Of a stretch of 64,000 nt of DNA, positions 12,860 through 25,278 are shown piece after piece (position 1 is the first letter of the stretch; every line of letters starts with the position of its first letter). Location: the NCBI RefSeq assembly GCF_009914755.1, contig NC_060936.1; one strand, given 5' to 3'. The notes under the pieces are model-generated. The model was not told the DNA's origin. It made no database searches and saw only the letters and a list, made by a program, of their open reading frames with translations. The DNA is from the human T2T-CHM13v2.0 reference genome, Homo sapiens. Both the position numbers and the translations under genes were made by a program.

Positions 12860-13420
12860 TGCACACACGCGCAGACACCTCCCAGACTTCCTAAATGCAA
12901 ATACCGAACTCTAGCCCTTTGCCTATTGTAGCAGGGGTCTCCCTTCTCCCCATGAGGCAAATCTACTAAGAGAACTTCCAGAGCCCTTTCTTGGGGAGGG
13001 GAGGAAGGTTAAAAGTGTATATAGAGCATTCTTTCTGGCTCTGCTCAGGCAGGGCAAAAGGAGTGGGGTTTCTGGTTTCAAAGGGAGTACAAGCAAAGCT
13101 GCTGCTTTTGGATGCAGCCCCTCTTAGCAAAGTGAAGAGCTTTTTTTTAAAAATCCTCTCTCTCTCTTGCAAGCAAAGCCATAAATCATGAGCGCTCCTC
13201 CGGTTCTGCGAGTGGGGGGTGGATTAAAGTTGTTTGGTTAGATTTGTTTGAATGTGTGTCTTTTGGTCTTCATCGCCTCTCCCTTCATAAACATCAGCTT
13301 GTAAGTTCTCGTCCCCTAGAGGACACACCGACAGCATCATGTTAAATATTTAGAACGGGAAACCACCTTACTCCACTGAATCGGAAAAGCAATCTTGGGA
13401 ACGGCGCTCCACTGGGCATC
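12860..13420. promoter_or_regulatory. Candidate enhancer/promoter island
   Basis: TE-free; 10 CpGs in 13190-13410; ATGCAAAT ~12895, CCATAAATCA 13179, GGATTA ~13221. Confidence 0.45.
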
Positions 13421-13580
13421 CCTTCCCTCTCTTGAGCTCCCAGATGAGAAGGCAGCCTCCTTATACCCAGGTGTCACCTCAAACTGTCCCTGAGAAAGGA
13501 GTCAGGCTTGGTACCTAGTAGGCAAATGCTTGGCTGGGAAGATGTTGCTCCTTGGAGCAGGTTTTGTAGACCAAGTTTAA

Positions 13581-13931
<351 letters not shown>

Positions 13932-14358
13932 TAGGTAGTTATCTGGCTCAGTGAAGGAAGGAAAACATGGTAGGAGGAAGAAGTCTGCCAAACCATCTGC
14001 CAAAGCATCACCCAAGTCCAGGTGCCTGTTTGTTGATATGTAAAACTGTTCACGCTACTCTCCTGTGGAAAACTTTCTGTGGCTCCCTATTGCCAAGGGA
14101 AAAATGTCTACTTGCCACCTAGAACATAGAAAGACCTTTCAGAACTCGGCTCAAGTCTATTTTTCTTTCTTGTTTGTTCCTTCTTTTATCCATGCCTCTG
14201 ATCTCATCAAACTCTCATGCCTCCTTTTACAAAACATGTATTTTTCATATCTTATATTCACTTCAGACTTGCCACTCCCTGTGCCTAGAGTGATATTTAC
14301 TCCATGTCCCCTTCGTATCCCAGGAAGAATTCAGCCTGTCTGCTATTAGTTTAGAATA

Positions 14359-14550
14359 GAGTAGTCCCCCCTTATCTGCAGGGCATATGTTTCAAGACCC
14401 CAGTGAAACTGAAGATAATACTAAACCCTTCAAACACTATGTTTTTTTCCTTTACATACAAACTTATGATACATTTTAACTTATAAATTACGCACAGAGA
14501 GAGACTAACAATGATGTGGAAAGTGAAACTATGTATGGAGAGGACTACTG
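14359..14550. mobile_element. MER44/Tigger7-family (Tc1/mariner) MITE
   Basis: TIRs gagtagtcccccc... / ...gagaggactactg, each flanked by TA. Confidence 0.85.
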
Positions 14551-14569
14551 TATTTTAATAGTGAATAAC

Positions 14570-14915
14570 AGTAAACAGTAAAAAAGATATGTTGGCTCAT
14601 GTAACTGAGAAGTCAAGATACATATGGGCTTCAAGTAAGGTTTGATCCAGCCGTTCAAACAATGGCACAGAGGGCCCAGTTTCTTTGTGTCTCTCCACTT
14701 TGTCTTCTGCTGTGTCAGACACCACATAGCAAACCCTTGGTAACTCATATCTTCCTTAATGGCAGCAGAGAAGTTCTAGACCTCACATATTCACCCCATA
14801 ACATTCAGGAGAAAAGAGACTCTCTTTATTTAGCTTCTGCACAAGCCCTGGGATTGACTTTTTACCGGTCCAAGTCAGACCTTGTGTCTATCCCTGTACC
14901 AATGGCTGGGACTTT
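14570..14915 (-). mobile_element. Old MLT1 (J/K-like) LTR
   Basis: ttggctcatgtaactgagaagtcaag...ggcttcaagtaaggtttgatccagccgttcaaacaatg. Confidence 0.6.
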
Positions 14916-14929
14916 GGGGGGATCATATC

Positions 14930-15285
14930 TGTTTGTACATGTCATTCCCTCTGCTTGGCATACGCCTCCTTGTAAAACCCCTATTCAACCCTCAAAACCC
15001 AAGTCAAATGTCCCATAACTCTTTTAGGCTTCCCCTTTCATTCCAACCTGTCCCTGGTGAGTTAAACTCTTTTCTATGTTCCCAAGACCCTCGATTTTAT
15101 TTCTCTTTGTGCATACAGCATATTGCCTTAGGCTTCCATTTTTAAATTTGTGACTACCCTACTAGACTGTGAGTTCTTCTAGGGCCACTGACCACACTGG
15201 ATTCATATGAACTGCCCGCATGTTGACTCACATACTGCCAGACACATAGGAGGTCTCGAATTATCTGTCAAATGAATGTATGTGC
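14930..15285 (+). mobile_element. L2 3' region
   Basis: gtcattccctctgcttggcat...ctactagactgtgagttcttctaggg...gccagacacataggaggtctc. Confidence 0.6.
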
Positions 15286-15499
15286 AATGTGCGTGGATAT
15301 CTGCTGTCATCACATCCAGGTTCTGAATCATCAAGCAAGATAGAGAGGTTCTTGAACTCTCAGGCTTGGAGCATAGAGATGACGCTTCCCTGCTGAGCAC
15401 TGTCTCACTTTTGCAGAAACAACACACATCTCCCAAGGATCATCTCTCAGAGATATCCCAGTCTTAAGAGAGTAATTTCAGCCTGGTTCTAAAAACAGA

Positions 15500-15975
15500 T
15501 GGTACAGGGGTCAGACCCTCAGCAGGCTGGCATGTCCCACTCCAATTGGATAATTTAAGGAGACTTTAAAGGAGGAGCATTTATCTTAGATGTAAATAGA
15601 GGAGGTGCGGCTGGTTATAGGGAAACCAACTAGGGTAGGAAAGCACTCCAGGATTACTGACATGAGGAAGCTGTTACAACCTCAAATCCTATGAGAGCAG
15701 TTTTCAAAAGCCAGAGTGTGAGAGCTGAAAGGGACTGCCATCTCACAGAAGCAAGGGGCTTCAGAAGAAGGAGACAGGGAAACCCCAGCGCCCTGGCATA
15801 CAGGAGACCAGTGGGTAAAACCCGGCCCTCACTCTTTTCCTGCCAGTGCCTCCCATTGCCCAAACCCAGTGGACACCAGGACTCAAGGGAGCTGCTGATA
15901 TACCATGTAGGTCAGCCTCCTGCGACAGAGCAGAGTGGAGAAGGCTGAGGAGGCACAAGACAGCTGCCCATAGGG
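15500..15975. mobile_element. Old ERVL/MaLR-type LTR relic, family uncertain
   Basis: ggaagctgttacaacctcaaatcct, ccagagtgtgagagctgaaaggg, gcctcccattgcccaaacccag resemble ancient LTR words. Confidence 0.45.
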
Positions 15976-16127
15976 TAAGGTGAGTCAGACCCTGGAAAAT
16001 GAGGCTGTGACTAGCAGGGGCCAAATGGGTTTTATCTTATTTTATTTTTTTAATATTCTGCTAACTTGACCTCATTTTTTCTTTTTGGATCAGAGAAGAT
16101 GGCAGATTGTCTACCTTGATTCTAACT

Positions 16128-16201
16128 AGTCAATAAATAAAGATCAGCTAATTGGAAAAAAAAAAAGCAATTAGTTAATTCTTGAATTAGTATTTCCTTT
16201 A
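16128..16201 (+). repeat. Dispersed direct duplicate, copy 1 (partner 18010-18079)
   Basis: agtcaataaataaagatcagctaattgg(A11)gcaattagttaattcttgaattagtatttccttta. Confidence 0.97.
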
Positions 16202-16549
16202 GATATTTGGCATAGGTTGTTATGTTTTCAGGAAAGGTGGTAAAGGTGGGCTAGATGTCTGCAGTCATCTGTGGGCCTCCCTGCAGGCTGCATAATTCTC
16301 ACCCAATGGGGGTGGATGAAGAATTGCAGACAGGCAGGAAGATGGTTATGAATCCGTATGGCAGGGCTCCAGCAGCAGCCTTGCCTGCTCATACCATTGT
16401 TATCAATGAATTGATTAAAAACAGAAGATGTCTGTTTATTGTATTTCCTGGTGACAGGAAGTCTGAAGAACTGGCTATCAGTTTGGATGACAGGCTGGGA
16501 TGGCAAATGGATGAAATGATGAACTGAGTTAAACGGGATCCCTCGAGTT

Positions 16550-16870
16550 AACTTTTGATACTCAAAATGCCAAATGCAAAAGCCTCAGGCCAGAGTTGGC
16601 TTTTAAGGAATGAGTACCAGTTGGCCAGGCAGAGGGAGCAAAAGCGAGAGAAGCACATCCCAGCTGGAGGACCCAGCAAGAGCAAAGGAATGCAGGTATG
16701 AAACACTGTAGGCTGCAGGCTGCGGATGGATGCATTGAGAGGCAGGAAGTAAGAAGAGGTGAAGCAGAAGAGGTAGTGAGAACTCTGCCTGAGAAGGGCT
16801 TGGTCAGGAGCATGGAATTCACCCCAAAGGTGACTGGGATCGTGCAAGGGTTTTTAGGAAGGGAGTAAAT
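16550..16870 (-). mobile_element. L2 fragment
   Basis: ttttaaggaatgagtaccagttggccaggcagag...gcaaaggaatgcaggtatgaaac. Confidence 0.55.
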
Positions 16871-16949
16871 AGAGAAGATTATTTATTTATTCGTGTATGT
16901 ATGTATGTATTTTTAATTAAATCAGTTGATTGGTTCAGGATTTTTTCGT

Positions 16950-17230
16950 AAAATTTTATCATGAGAACTTTCAAACATACAGAAAAGTTGAAAGAATTAT
17001 ACAAGGAACATCTGCACATCCCCTATCTGGCTGCTATAATGGATATTTTGCTAGATTTGCTTTATCACACATCCGTCCATCCCTTCATACTTCTAACCAC
17101 TTCTAGCCACTCACCAATCCATGTTCTTTTTTTTATAAGTTGCAGATATTGGAATACTTTACTTCTAAGCTCTTCAACATTCATAGCCTTAACTACAGTT
17201 CACACTTGTTAACACAGATTTGATTTTAAA
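16950..17230 (-). mobile_element. Old L1 3' UTR fragment (L1ME/L1MC-like)
   Basis: ttttatcatgagaactttcaaacatacagaaaagttgaaagaattatac. Confidence 0.65.
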
Positions 17231-17929
17231 TATAAAATCATTACATGTCACAGCTAGTTAGCAAATCCAATCCATGGAGCCTGATTCCAGGGCTAGTGCT
17301 TATGCTCATATTCATCATCACACGGCATCTGGATGGAGCCTCTTGAGCTTTCAGCAGACGACTGAGCCAAGAGGTGCTTGCCAATTAATGAGATGGAGAT
17401 TTAATACAGGAGGAGGAGTCTGCACAGTTACCCGGGCAGGACCAAGATAGAGCAAGACCAGAACCATGGAGGAGAGATGCTAGGTGCCCATCAACTTGCT
17501 GCCCCAGGACTCAGAAAGCCTTTGAAGAGAGTTGAGTGTTTGGACAGACCCTGTTCCCTGATGGTCTTTATATCCCTGATTCAGCTCAGAGCACTTCCCT
17601 TATGGAAGACTGAGCAGGGCTCTGAGTCCTAGTTCAGCACTAAGCAACTTCCTGAACATGTTGAAGAAAACAAAATAAACTCCAGAAGTACTAGAAAAAA
17701 CAGTGGAAGGACTGTTAACTGAAGACTGAGCGTTAATGCTTGGGGTTGGAATTCTGATGCTACTGTGTTTAGCTACCTGTTGAAACCCAAGCCAGTATCC
17801 CCAGTTTATCCATTTGTGTATAGTTGGAGAACTCCGAAATGCTCTTTTCGTTTTGTACCGGCCTAGATTTCTCAAGGCAGAACGGGATTTCCTTGGGATC
17901 CATGGGAGTTTAGACATGGTTCATATCAA

Positions 17930-18520
17930 AATCTCTTAGCGATAAATCAGACTGCTTAGTACATCATCTGCCATCAATATATGATTAAGTGGAGATTTAG
18001 TAGGAACCCAGTCAATAAATAAAGATCAGCTAATTGGAAAAAAAGCAATTAGTTAATTCTTGAATTAGTATTTCCTTTACCTATCAACTATCAATGCTAA
18101 TTTTGTGCAGGGGAAGAGTTTAGATTTTTCTGACCTAGGATAAAGCTATTTTATCCAATAAGCAATGAAACTGTGTTAGGATTTCCACAGGCATTTTTGC
18201 ATTATATGGAAAGTAACTAGACACAGACTCAACAAAATGTTAGGACATAAACTTTTGCAATCAACTTGTAAATTCTCAATAAACATAGGGGAGATCAGAG
18301 AGAAGAATGCCAAGAAAAAATCTCATTAGCTTTCTTCCTAGCCTGGACTTAATAGTAGAATGTAATTTGGCTAATGGAGTTTGTGTTTTTCATTAAATTA
18401 TATGAACATTAAAAAGATATCTAAAACAATAAAAATATTCCAGGAGGTTAATTATTCTTCGAGTTATTCATTCATCCTCACTCTGTCAAGCTGAACCTCA
18501 TACATTCTGTCTGAGTAAGG
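17930..18520. promoter_or_regulatory. AT-rich, homeodomain-motif-dense TE-free block (candidate conserved non-coding element)
   Basis: Many TAAT/ATTA cores, CAATAAA x3, AATAAACA, palindromic GGATAAA..TTTATCC at ~18138; no recognisable TE. Confidence 0.35.
18010..18079 (+). repeat. Dispersed direct duplicate, copy 2 (partner 16128-16201)
   Basis: Identical to copy 1 except A7 versus A11. Confidence 0.97.
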
Positions 18521-19279
18521 CAAAGGTGAATATTTTTTATCATAATAGGGGCTATATCTTGGTCCTTTGAAACATTCCTGGAGCTTTAGGTTGAGAAGGC
18601 TCTTAGAAGATCTTACTTAACAGTTTTATTTTAGATATGGGTCTGTATCATAGACAGAGTGCAGTTAGATTTTATTTCCACCTAGAAGGAGCCCGTATGA
18701 TCCAGGAAGGAGGAAAACAAATCACAAAAGTTATCAGGCTCTGTGCCAAGCACTTTGCAAACACTGTCTCATTTATATATCTGGTGTGATAATAATATAG
18801 TTATCTCTATTTTACAAGTAATAACATTAAGGTTTGGGGAGGTTCAAGCCTTTGCTCAAAGTCATATAGTGAGTGGAGGAGTCAGTATTCAAACTCAGGT
18901 CTAGCAAACTCAAGAGTCCACATTCTTACTTAAGCTGTGAAAATAAAGCTGAATGGTGGATGTCTCCAGGAAGGCAGATTCTGATTCGTTATAAGGAAGT
19001 CAAGGTTTTCCAACAATGGAAAGCCTGAGTGCAGAGATGAGAATTGTGCAAGGCTTGGCAGTATTCAAGCAGAGGAAGGTGATCATCTGTCCGGGTTGTT
19101 GCATTGGGATCTCTATTTCAGGAGGGAGGATGACTTGGATTCCTTCATCCTAAGATCCTCTAATGTTTGCGGAAACAAGATGAGGTGGGTTTGGTCATCA
19201 GAGATTAGAGACATATTAGAAGATGGCACACAGTTTTTGGATTGATGAGCACTATTTGGGGATTATAATTGGTCACCTT

Positions 19280-20150
19280 ATTCATTTATTTATTCATATA
19301 TTTACTCACCAATATTTATTGAGCACCTACTCCATGTCAAGCCTTACGTTAGGCACTGGCGATGATCTTGCAGAGTTTACAATCTAGTGATGGAGTCTGA
19401 ATCTTAAAACAAAACAAGCAAACAAATACACCATTGGCAAATGATGTAAGAGCTATGCCGAAAGTAATCAGAATCCATTGATGGAGAACGGGAGGATGTG
19501 GATAGGCTCCACATAAAATGACTCTCCGAGGAAGTGGCATTTAAAGCTGAGACTTGAATTATGAGAAGGGACCAGCCTTGGGAAGTTCTGAATGTGGAGC
19601 ACTCCTGGAAGAGCGAAGAACTTGTGCGAGGGCACTGATGCAGGAAGAGCTTGCTCAAGCAACTGACAAAGGCTCATGAGGTTGGAGCAGTGAGATGGTG
19701 AAATCGAGCTGAGTGAAGTTGAGTTAGTTGGTGAAGAGCTAGTTTGTACACCACACAAAGCAGTTTATGCCAAGTGCAATGGAAAATCATTCAAGTATTT
19801 TCAAGAATGAGAGTAATGGTATCTGATTTAAGTTTTTAGAAGATACCTCTGGCTTCCAGGTGAAGGATGAATTAGCAGAAGCCAAGAATAGAAGCAAGGA
19901 GACCTGGAAGGAGGCTATGCAGTCACCCAAATGGGACATGATGGTGGTGGCTTAGAGGAAAGCAATGGTGGCAAAAGGTTAGAGGTGTGGAAAAATGTGG
20001 AATATATAAATATTGGAGGTAGGGTCAGAAGGATTCACTGATGGGTTGGAAGAGCCTGAGATAGACTACATGGGAAGAAGAAAGCAAGAGATAGAGGGTA
20101 AATCCCAGGTTTTTGGATGGATAGTAGTAGCGGTTTCCTAAGATGGTGCA
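19280..20150 (-). mobile_element. L2 (long 3' segment)
   Basis: aatatttattgagcacctac terminus followed by typical antisense L2 body (gagacctggaaggaggctatgcagtcacccaaatgggacatgatggtgg). Confidence 0.8.
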
Positions 20151-20220
20151 CCAGGCTCTTGTGAACAGCATAAAGCTCACAACCATTGGGGCCCAGGGTC
20201 ATTCCCATAGACAAAGCAAC

Positions 20221-20222
<2 letters not shown>

Positions 20223-20266
<44 letters not shown>
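20223..20266 (+). repeat. (CA)22 microsatellite
   Basis: Pure run. Confidence 0.97.
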
Positions 20267-20269
<3 letters not shown>

Positions 20270-20489
20270 CTAAAACATCAGGGCTCTGTCAATTACCGAT
20301 GGTAAACCACAGGCTGGATCTTGACCAATCCCAGGCTCCCACAAAAGCCAACAATTAAAAGGCATATCCTTGCTGGATGACCAGCCACTCTGGAGACCCC
20401 ATACTCCCTAGGGGTTGTCTAACAGCTTTCAAGAGTACACCCCAGCTCTAGCTCCCGAAAACCTGGCCCCGGCCCTAGGAAGTGTTTCA

Positions 20490-20790
20490 ATAATGGATGA
20501 TCACCAATAAACAGCCAGCGATTTGCTGGAAATTATGAGCAATAAATAATTGAGAGGTAGGGAGCCTGACCAGTGGTACCCTTGCCTCCTGCTGATTCTC
20601 CTTAATGCATTTCCTTGATGCAACTCCCCGTAGTGTAGGGCGCAGACAGTAACGAGTCTTTCAGAAGATGCTGACCAGAGAGTTATAAATAAATGAGCCT
20701 CTGCATATGGTAACAACAGGGAGCAGCTCAATAAAGACATGACTGAGCCGCCCCTGTTCAACCCATGTGGACTCCAATTGCTTTTGTGTG
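20490..20790. promoter_or_regulatory. Candidate regulatory island
   Basis: TE-free; CAATAAA x3, AATAAACA, TGATGCAA, CATATG, GGTAACAAC. Confidence 0.3.
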
Positions 20791-20960
20791 AAGCACCCTT
20801 GTCCCCAGCAGGGAACTGACCTCTAAGACCTTGAGAAAGGCTCCAGGTTGCAAATCTAGATAGGTTTAGGGAGAGATGAGAAGGGTTGAGTCAATCATGA
20901 AAAGAAATTGAGGGAAGTTTTGTGATTAGCTCAGTTGTCCAGATCATAAGGAATTTAAGC

Positions 20961-21047
20961 TGCCTTTTCTCATCAAGTCTCAACTCCTATGCCTTTCGTC
21001 ATCAAGTCTCAACTCCTATGCCTTTCGTCATCAAGTCTCAACTCCTA
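20961..21047 (+). repeat. 29-bp minisatellite, 3 copies
   Basis: Unit tgcctttcgtcatcaagtctcaactccta; copies 2 and 3 identical, copy 1 has 2 differences. Confidence 0.95.
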
Positions 21048-21079
21048 TTCCTTCCCTCCTCAACTTCTATGCGGAGATC

Positions 21080-21660
21080 ATACCAATGTCCGCATGGCTC
21101 TTGTCATTTGTTATAACCTCTGCTGCTCTGATTCAGTGCAAGCCACCCTCATCTCTTGCCTGTGTTATTGCAATAGCCTCAAACAGTACTCTCTACTCCA
21201 GTCTACTTTCAATACAATAGCCAGAGCAGTTCTGTTAATAGATAAGTCACAGCATGTCTCTTTCATCTGCACAAAGCCTTTCAATGATGTCCATGGGAAC
21301 CAAAGTGAAAATCAAAGTCCTTTCCAATCTGGATGCCCCATTAGCCCTCTGGCATCCTCTGTTCCCACCCCATCAGGATTTTTTGTTGTTCCTTGCACGG
21401 ATCAGACAAACTCCCACCTCCAGGCCCTTGTTTTCTATTCCTCCAGATATTGAGGCTTAAGAGTCATGAAGACTCTTTATCCAGATATCAGCATGGCTTT
21501 CCACATCACTTTCTTCAGGTCTTTGTTCACATATCAACTTTTGGAGAGGCCTTTCCTGACCACCATATTGAATGTTAAATTATTTCTCTGCTTAGAGCAT
21601 GCATACTTGTCTAGCTCCCTTTTTGACCTTATTTTTCCAACCCTTTTTCTTTTATCATCA
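21080..21660 (+). mobile_element. L2 segment
   Basis: gccaccctcatctcttgcctgtgttattgcaatagcctc...ttcttcaggtctttgttcacatatcaac. Confidence 0.7.
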
Positions 21661-21661
21661 C

Positions 21662-22530
21662 CTGCATTAGTTTTCTCTTGCTGCCATAACTAACTACCAC
21701 AAGTTTAGCAGCTTACATAACACACATTTATTTTCTTACAGTTCTATAGTTTGGAAGTCCAACACAGGTCTCAGTGGAGTGAAATCATGGTGTCACCAGG
21801 GCTGCTTTTCTTCTGGAGGTTCTAGAGGAAAATGCACTCCCTGGCCCTTTCCGACTTCTAGAAGTCACACACTCGGCTCCATCTTACTCCACCTTCAAAG
21901 CCAGCAACCTTGCGTCTCTCCAGCCATTCCTCTGAGGTCTCATTTTCTCTGAACTCTTTTTCTGCCTCCCTCTTCTACTTTTAAGTACCCTCATGGTTAC
22001 ATTAAGCCCACCCAGAGAATCCAGAAGAATCTCCTCCCTATTTTCAGGTTAGCTGCTTAGAAAGCTTAAATCCATTCGCAACCTCAGTATGTCTTTGCCT
22101 TGTGGTATGGTTTGGCTGTGTCTCCCCCCAAATCTCACCTTGAATTGTAATAATCCCCACATGTCCAGGATGGGGCCAGGTGGAGATAGTTGAATCATGA
22201 GGCAGTTTCCCCCATACTGTTCTCATGATAGTGAATACATCTCAAGAGATCTGATGGTTTTATAAAGGGTAGTTCCTTGCACACATTCTCTTGCCCATCA
22301 CCAGGTGAGAAGTCCCTTTGCTCTTCCTTTGTCCTCCACCATGATTTTGAGGCCTCCCCAGCCATGTAGAACTGTGAGTCCATTAGACCTCTTTCCTTTA
22401 TAAATTACCCTGTCTCAGGTATGTCTTTATTAGCAGCATGAGAATGAACTAATACACCATGTAACCTAACATGTTCCAAGATTCCAGGGATTAGAATGTG
22501 GAATCATTTGGTGCTATTGTTCTGCTTGCT
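21662..22530 (-). mobile_element. MLT1C/D LTR split by THE1
   Basis: gcattagttttctcttgctgccataactaactaccacaag...; resumes after 22456 with tccagggattagaatgtgg. Confidence 0.8.
22103..22456 (+). mobile_element. THE1 (C/D-like) solo LTR
   Basis: tggtatggtttggctgtgtc...gaactaataca; TSD ccttg/ccatg. Confidence 0.93.
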
Positions 22531-23486
22531 AGATCATCCAACTGTAAACTTTGATATGTCTGTCTCTGCTAACTCAAATGTAAGGTGCAGGAGGGTAGAG
22601 TGTTATTTCAGATGGGCTCATGGCTTTATCTACATCTGACACCTGCAATAGTGCCTGGTACATAGCAGTTGTTAAAAAAAATTGGTTTTTGAGTGAATGC
22701 TTGAACATATGATGCTCTCAGATCATGCTCCACCCTTCTCCACCCACTTTGGGGCCTTGGAAGGCCGATCTATATGTGCTGTGTCAGCAGGTTCCTTTAC
22801 CAAGTGGGTGCTGTTCCCTGTCTGGAATGTTCTCATGTCTATCCTGAAAGTTTCAAACTCTTAGTCACCCTTAAGACCTAACACCTTAACATCCATTCTG
22901 TGAAGCTTCTCTGATTCTCCCAGGAAGAAGAAAAATTACTCTCTCCTCTGTGTCTGTCCTCACAGCAATTTTTTGCATCCTGGATGGTGTCTATCTCCTT
23001 CCCTAGAATATTGTAAGAATATTGCAATCATGTCTTTTGTTTTCTGGCCTTTGTGTTCCTGTATCTAGCATATAGTAAGTATTCAGTTATTCCTCCATTG
23101 TATTCATTTATTTATCTTGGTGGAAAAATCCAGTGCCTGGGAACTCCAGATTTGAGAATTCAGTAGCAACTGGGGCACGAGACCCTAGAGACGAAGTGTA
23201 TATTACACTTAGGAAAGTAACAATAAAAATTGCTTTGAGTACTTACTACTTGCCAGGAGTTGTGTCGAGTATTTTACATGCATTATCTTATTTATTTCTT
23301 ACAAAGAAGCCAGTATGCTGCCAAAGTCTATGCTCTTTACCATAAGACTAAAATGCCTAGGACAGTTGAAACCAGCAATCACTTGTCATATGGCAGAGAA
23401 GGAGGATGTGAGTTCTAATGCAAATGTTTGTATAGTCTGTTCCGAAGACATATACACAGAGGAGAAAGTGAGAAGAGAGGGAGAGG

Positions 23487-23490
<4 letters not shown>

Positions 23491-23532
<42 letters not shown>
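23491..23532 (+). repeat. (GA)21 microsatellite
   Basis: Pure run in a purine-rich flank. Confidence 0.97.
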
Positions 23533-23536
<4 letters not shown>

Positions 23537-23622
23537 ACACAATCTTAAAGGCCAAAGAGAAACAGAGGAAAGAAGATAGAAGAGAGAGATCCAGAAGTCA
23601 AGAAGTAACTGCTGTTTCCAGC

Positions 23623-24338
<716 letters not shown>

Positions 24339-24457
24339 AGATGTTGATCTTTCACACACCATCCTTCGTGAAGGAAGGGTTCCACTGCTTGGATGAAGGA
24401 ACGAAACCACCTCTTCATTGGTGAAAGGTGGATGTTGAGAATCAGGGAGGGGGCATT

Positions 24458-24950
24458 TGTGTAATATGTCTTCTGTTTCCCCGAACACAGCCACTATTCC
24501 CCCTTCTCCACTCAGCATTCTGCCCTGAGAAAAGTAACCAGGAAAACTGTATCAATGGTCTTCTGTACCTCCTGAATTCTGGCTGGATTTGGCCAATGAG
24601 AGCACTGGGAAGTCAGAGAGAGGGTGGCAGAAGGAGAGAAAGGCTGATGCATTCAGTCCCCCTGCTCCCTTCTTATGGTATCATCACAGACTTTGGTCCC
24701 TCCACCAAAGCTCACAGCTCCTGCCAGGTGACCCTATTGCACAGCCATCCAACTCCAGGTTGAGCCCCCACTCCCTCCTCTTACCCTCTCAGGTGTATAC
24801 GACCTTCTCCCCTCCTTACCGGCTCCCTGATGAGGTTCTGTCACACTCATTGCTAGTTTCCCCACACCATGCCCAGTCTTTGCAGTTAGATTCTTCCTTA
24901 AATTCTCCCCAAAATTTCCTGACTTGAGTATACCCTTTGCTTCTTGCCAG
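24458..24950 (+). mobile_element. LTR33-like ERVL LTR
   Basis: tctggctggatttggccaatgagagcactggg...ccctccaccaaagctcacagctcctgccagg...ttgagtataccctttgcttcttgccagg. Confidence 0.65.
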
Positions 24951-25278
24951 GCCTTCTTTCCAAGGTCCCCGCCTTCTTAGCATCTTGCTTGGGGCTCCGC
25001 TCCCCGAAGCCCTGTGGTTTACACAGGTGTGCACCAAATACTCCTTGGTCACTTCAGGACCCACAGCAGTCCCCCTTCCTCCAAAGATTTCCTCCTCTGA
25101 ACTTGCTAACGTGTCTGGAATTCCCACCTCACTCCCTGACTTGAAAGTCAAGTTCATGATCCCCAAATGTCAGTCTTATCTAATCCTATTAGTTTCAATA
25201 ACGTTCAGACCCAGAAATCAATATTCAGGTTAGACTGTACTTAACAAAAATCACTGCTAAAGTGACATCTGACTCTGA
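24945..25278 (-). repeat. Inverted duplication, right arm
   Basis: Partner of 23623-23950; also visible as near-identical peptides in ORFs 23734..23973(-) and 24937..25233(+). Confidence 0.97.

Noticed and set aside
16128-18079. Direct repeats as LTRs or TSD of a 1.9 kb mobile element
   Set aside because: Interior is a mosaic of ancient L2/L1/MIR and unique DNA; repeats lack TG...CA ends and a flanking TSD
20961-21047. 29-bp repeats of CRISPR-like length
   Set aside because: Head-to-tail with no spacers, eukaryotic context, no cas genes
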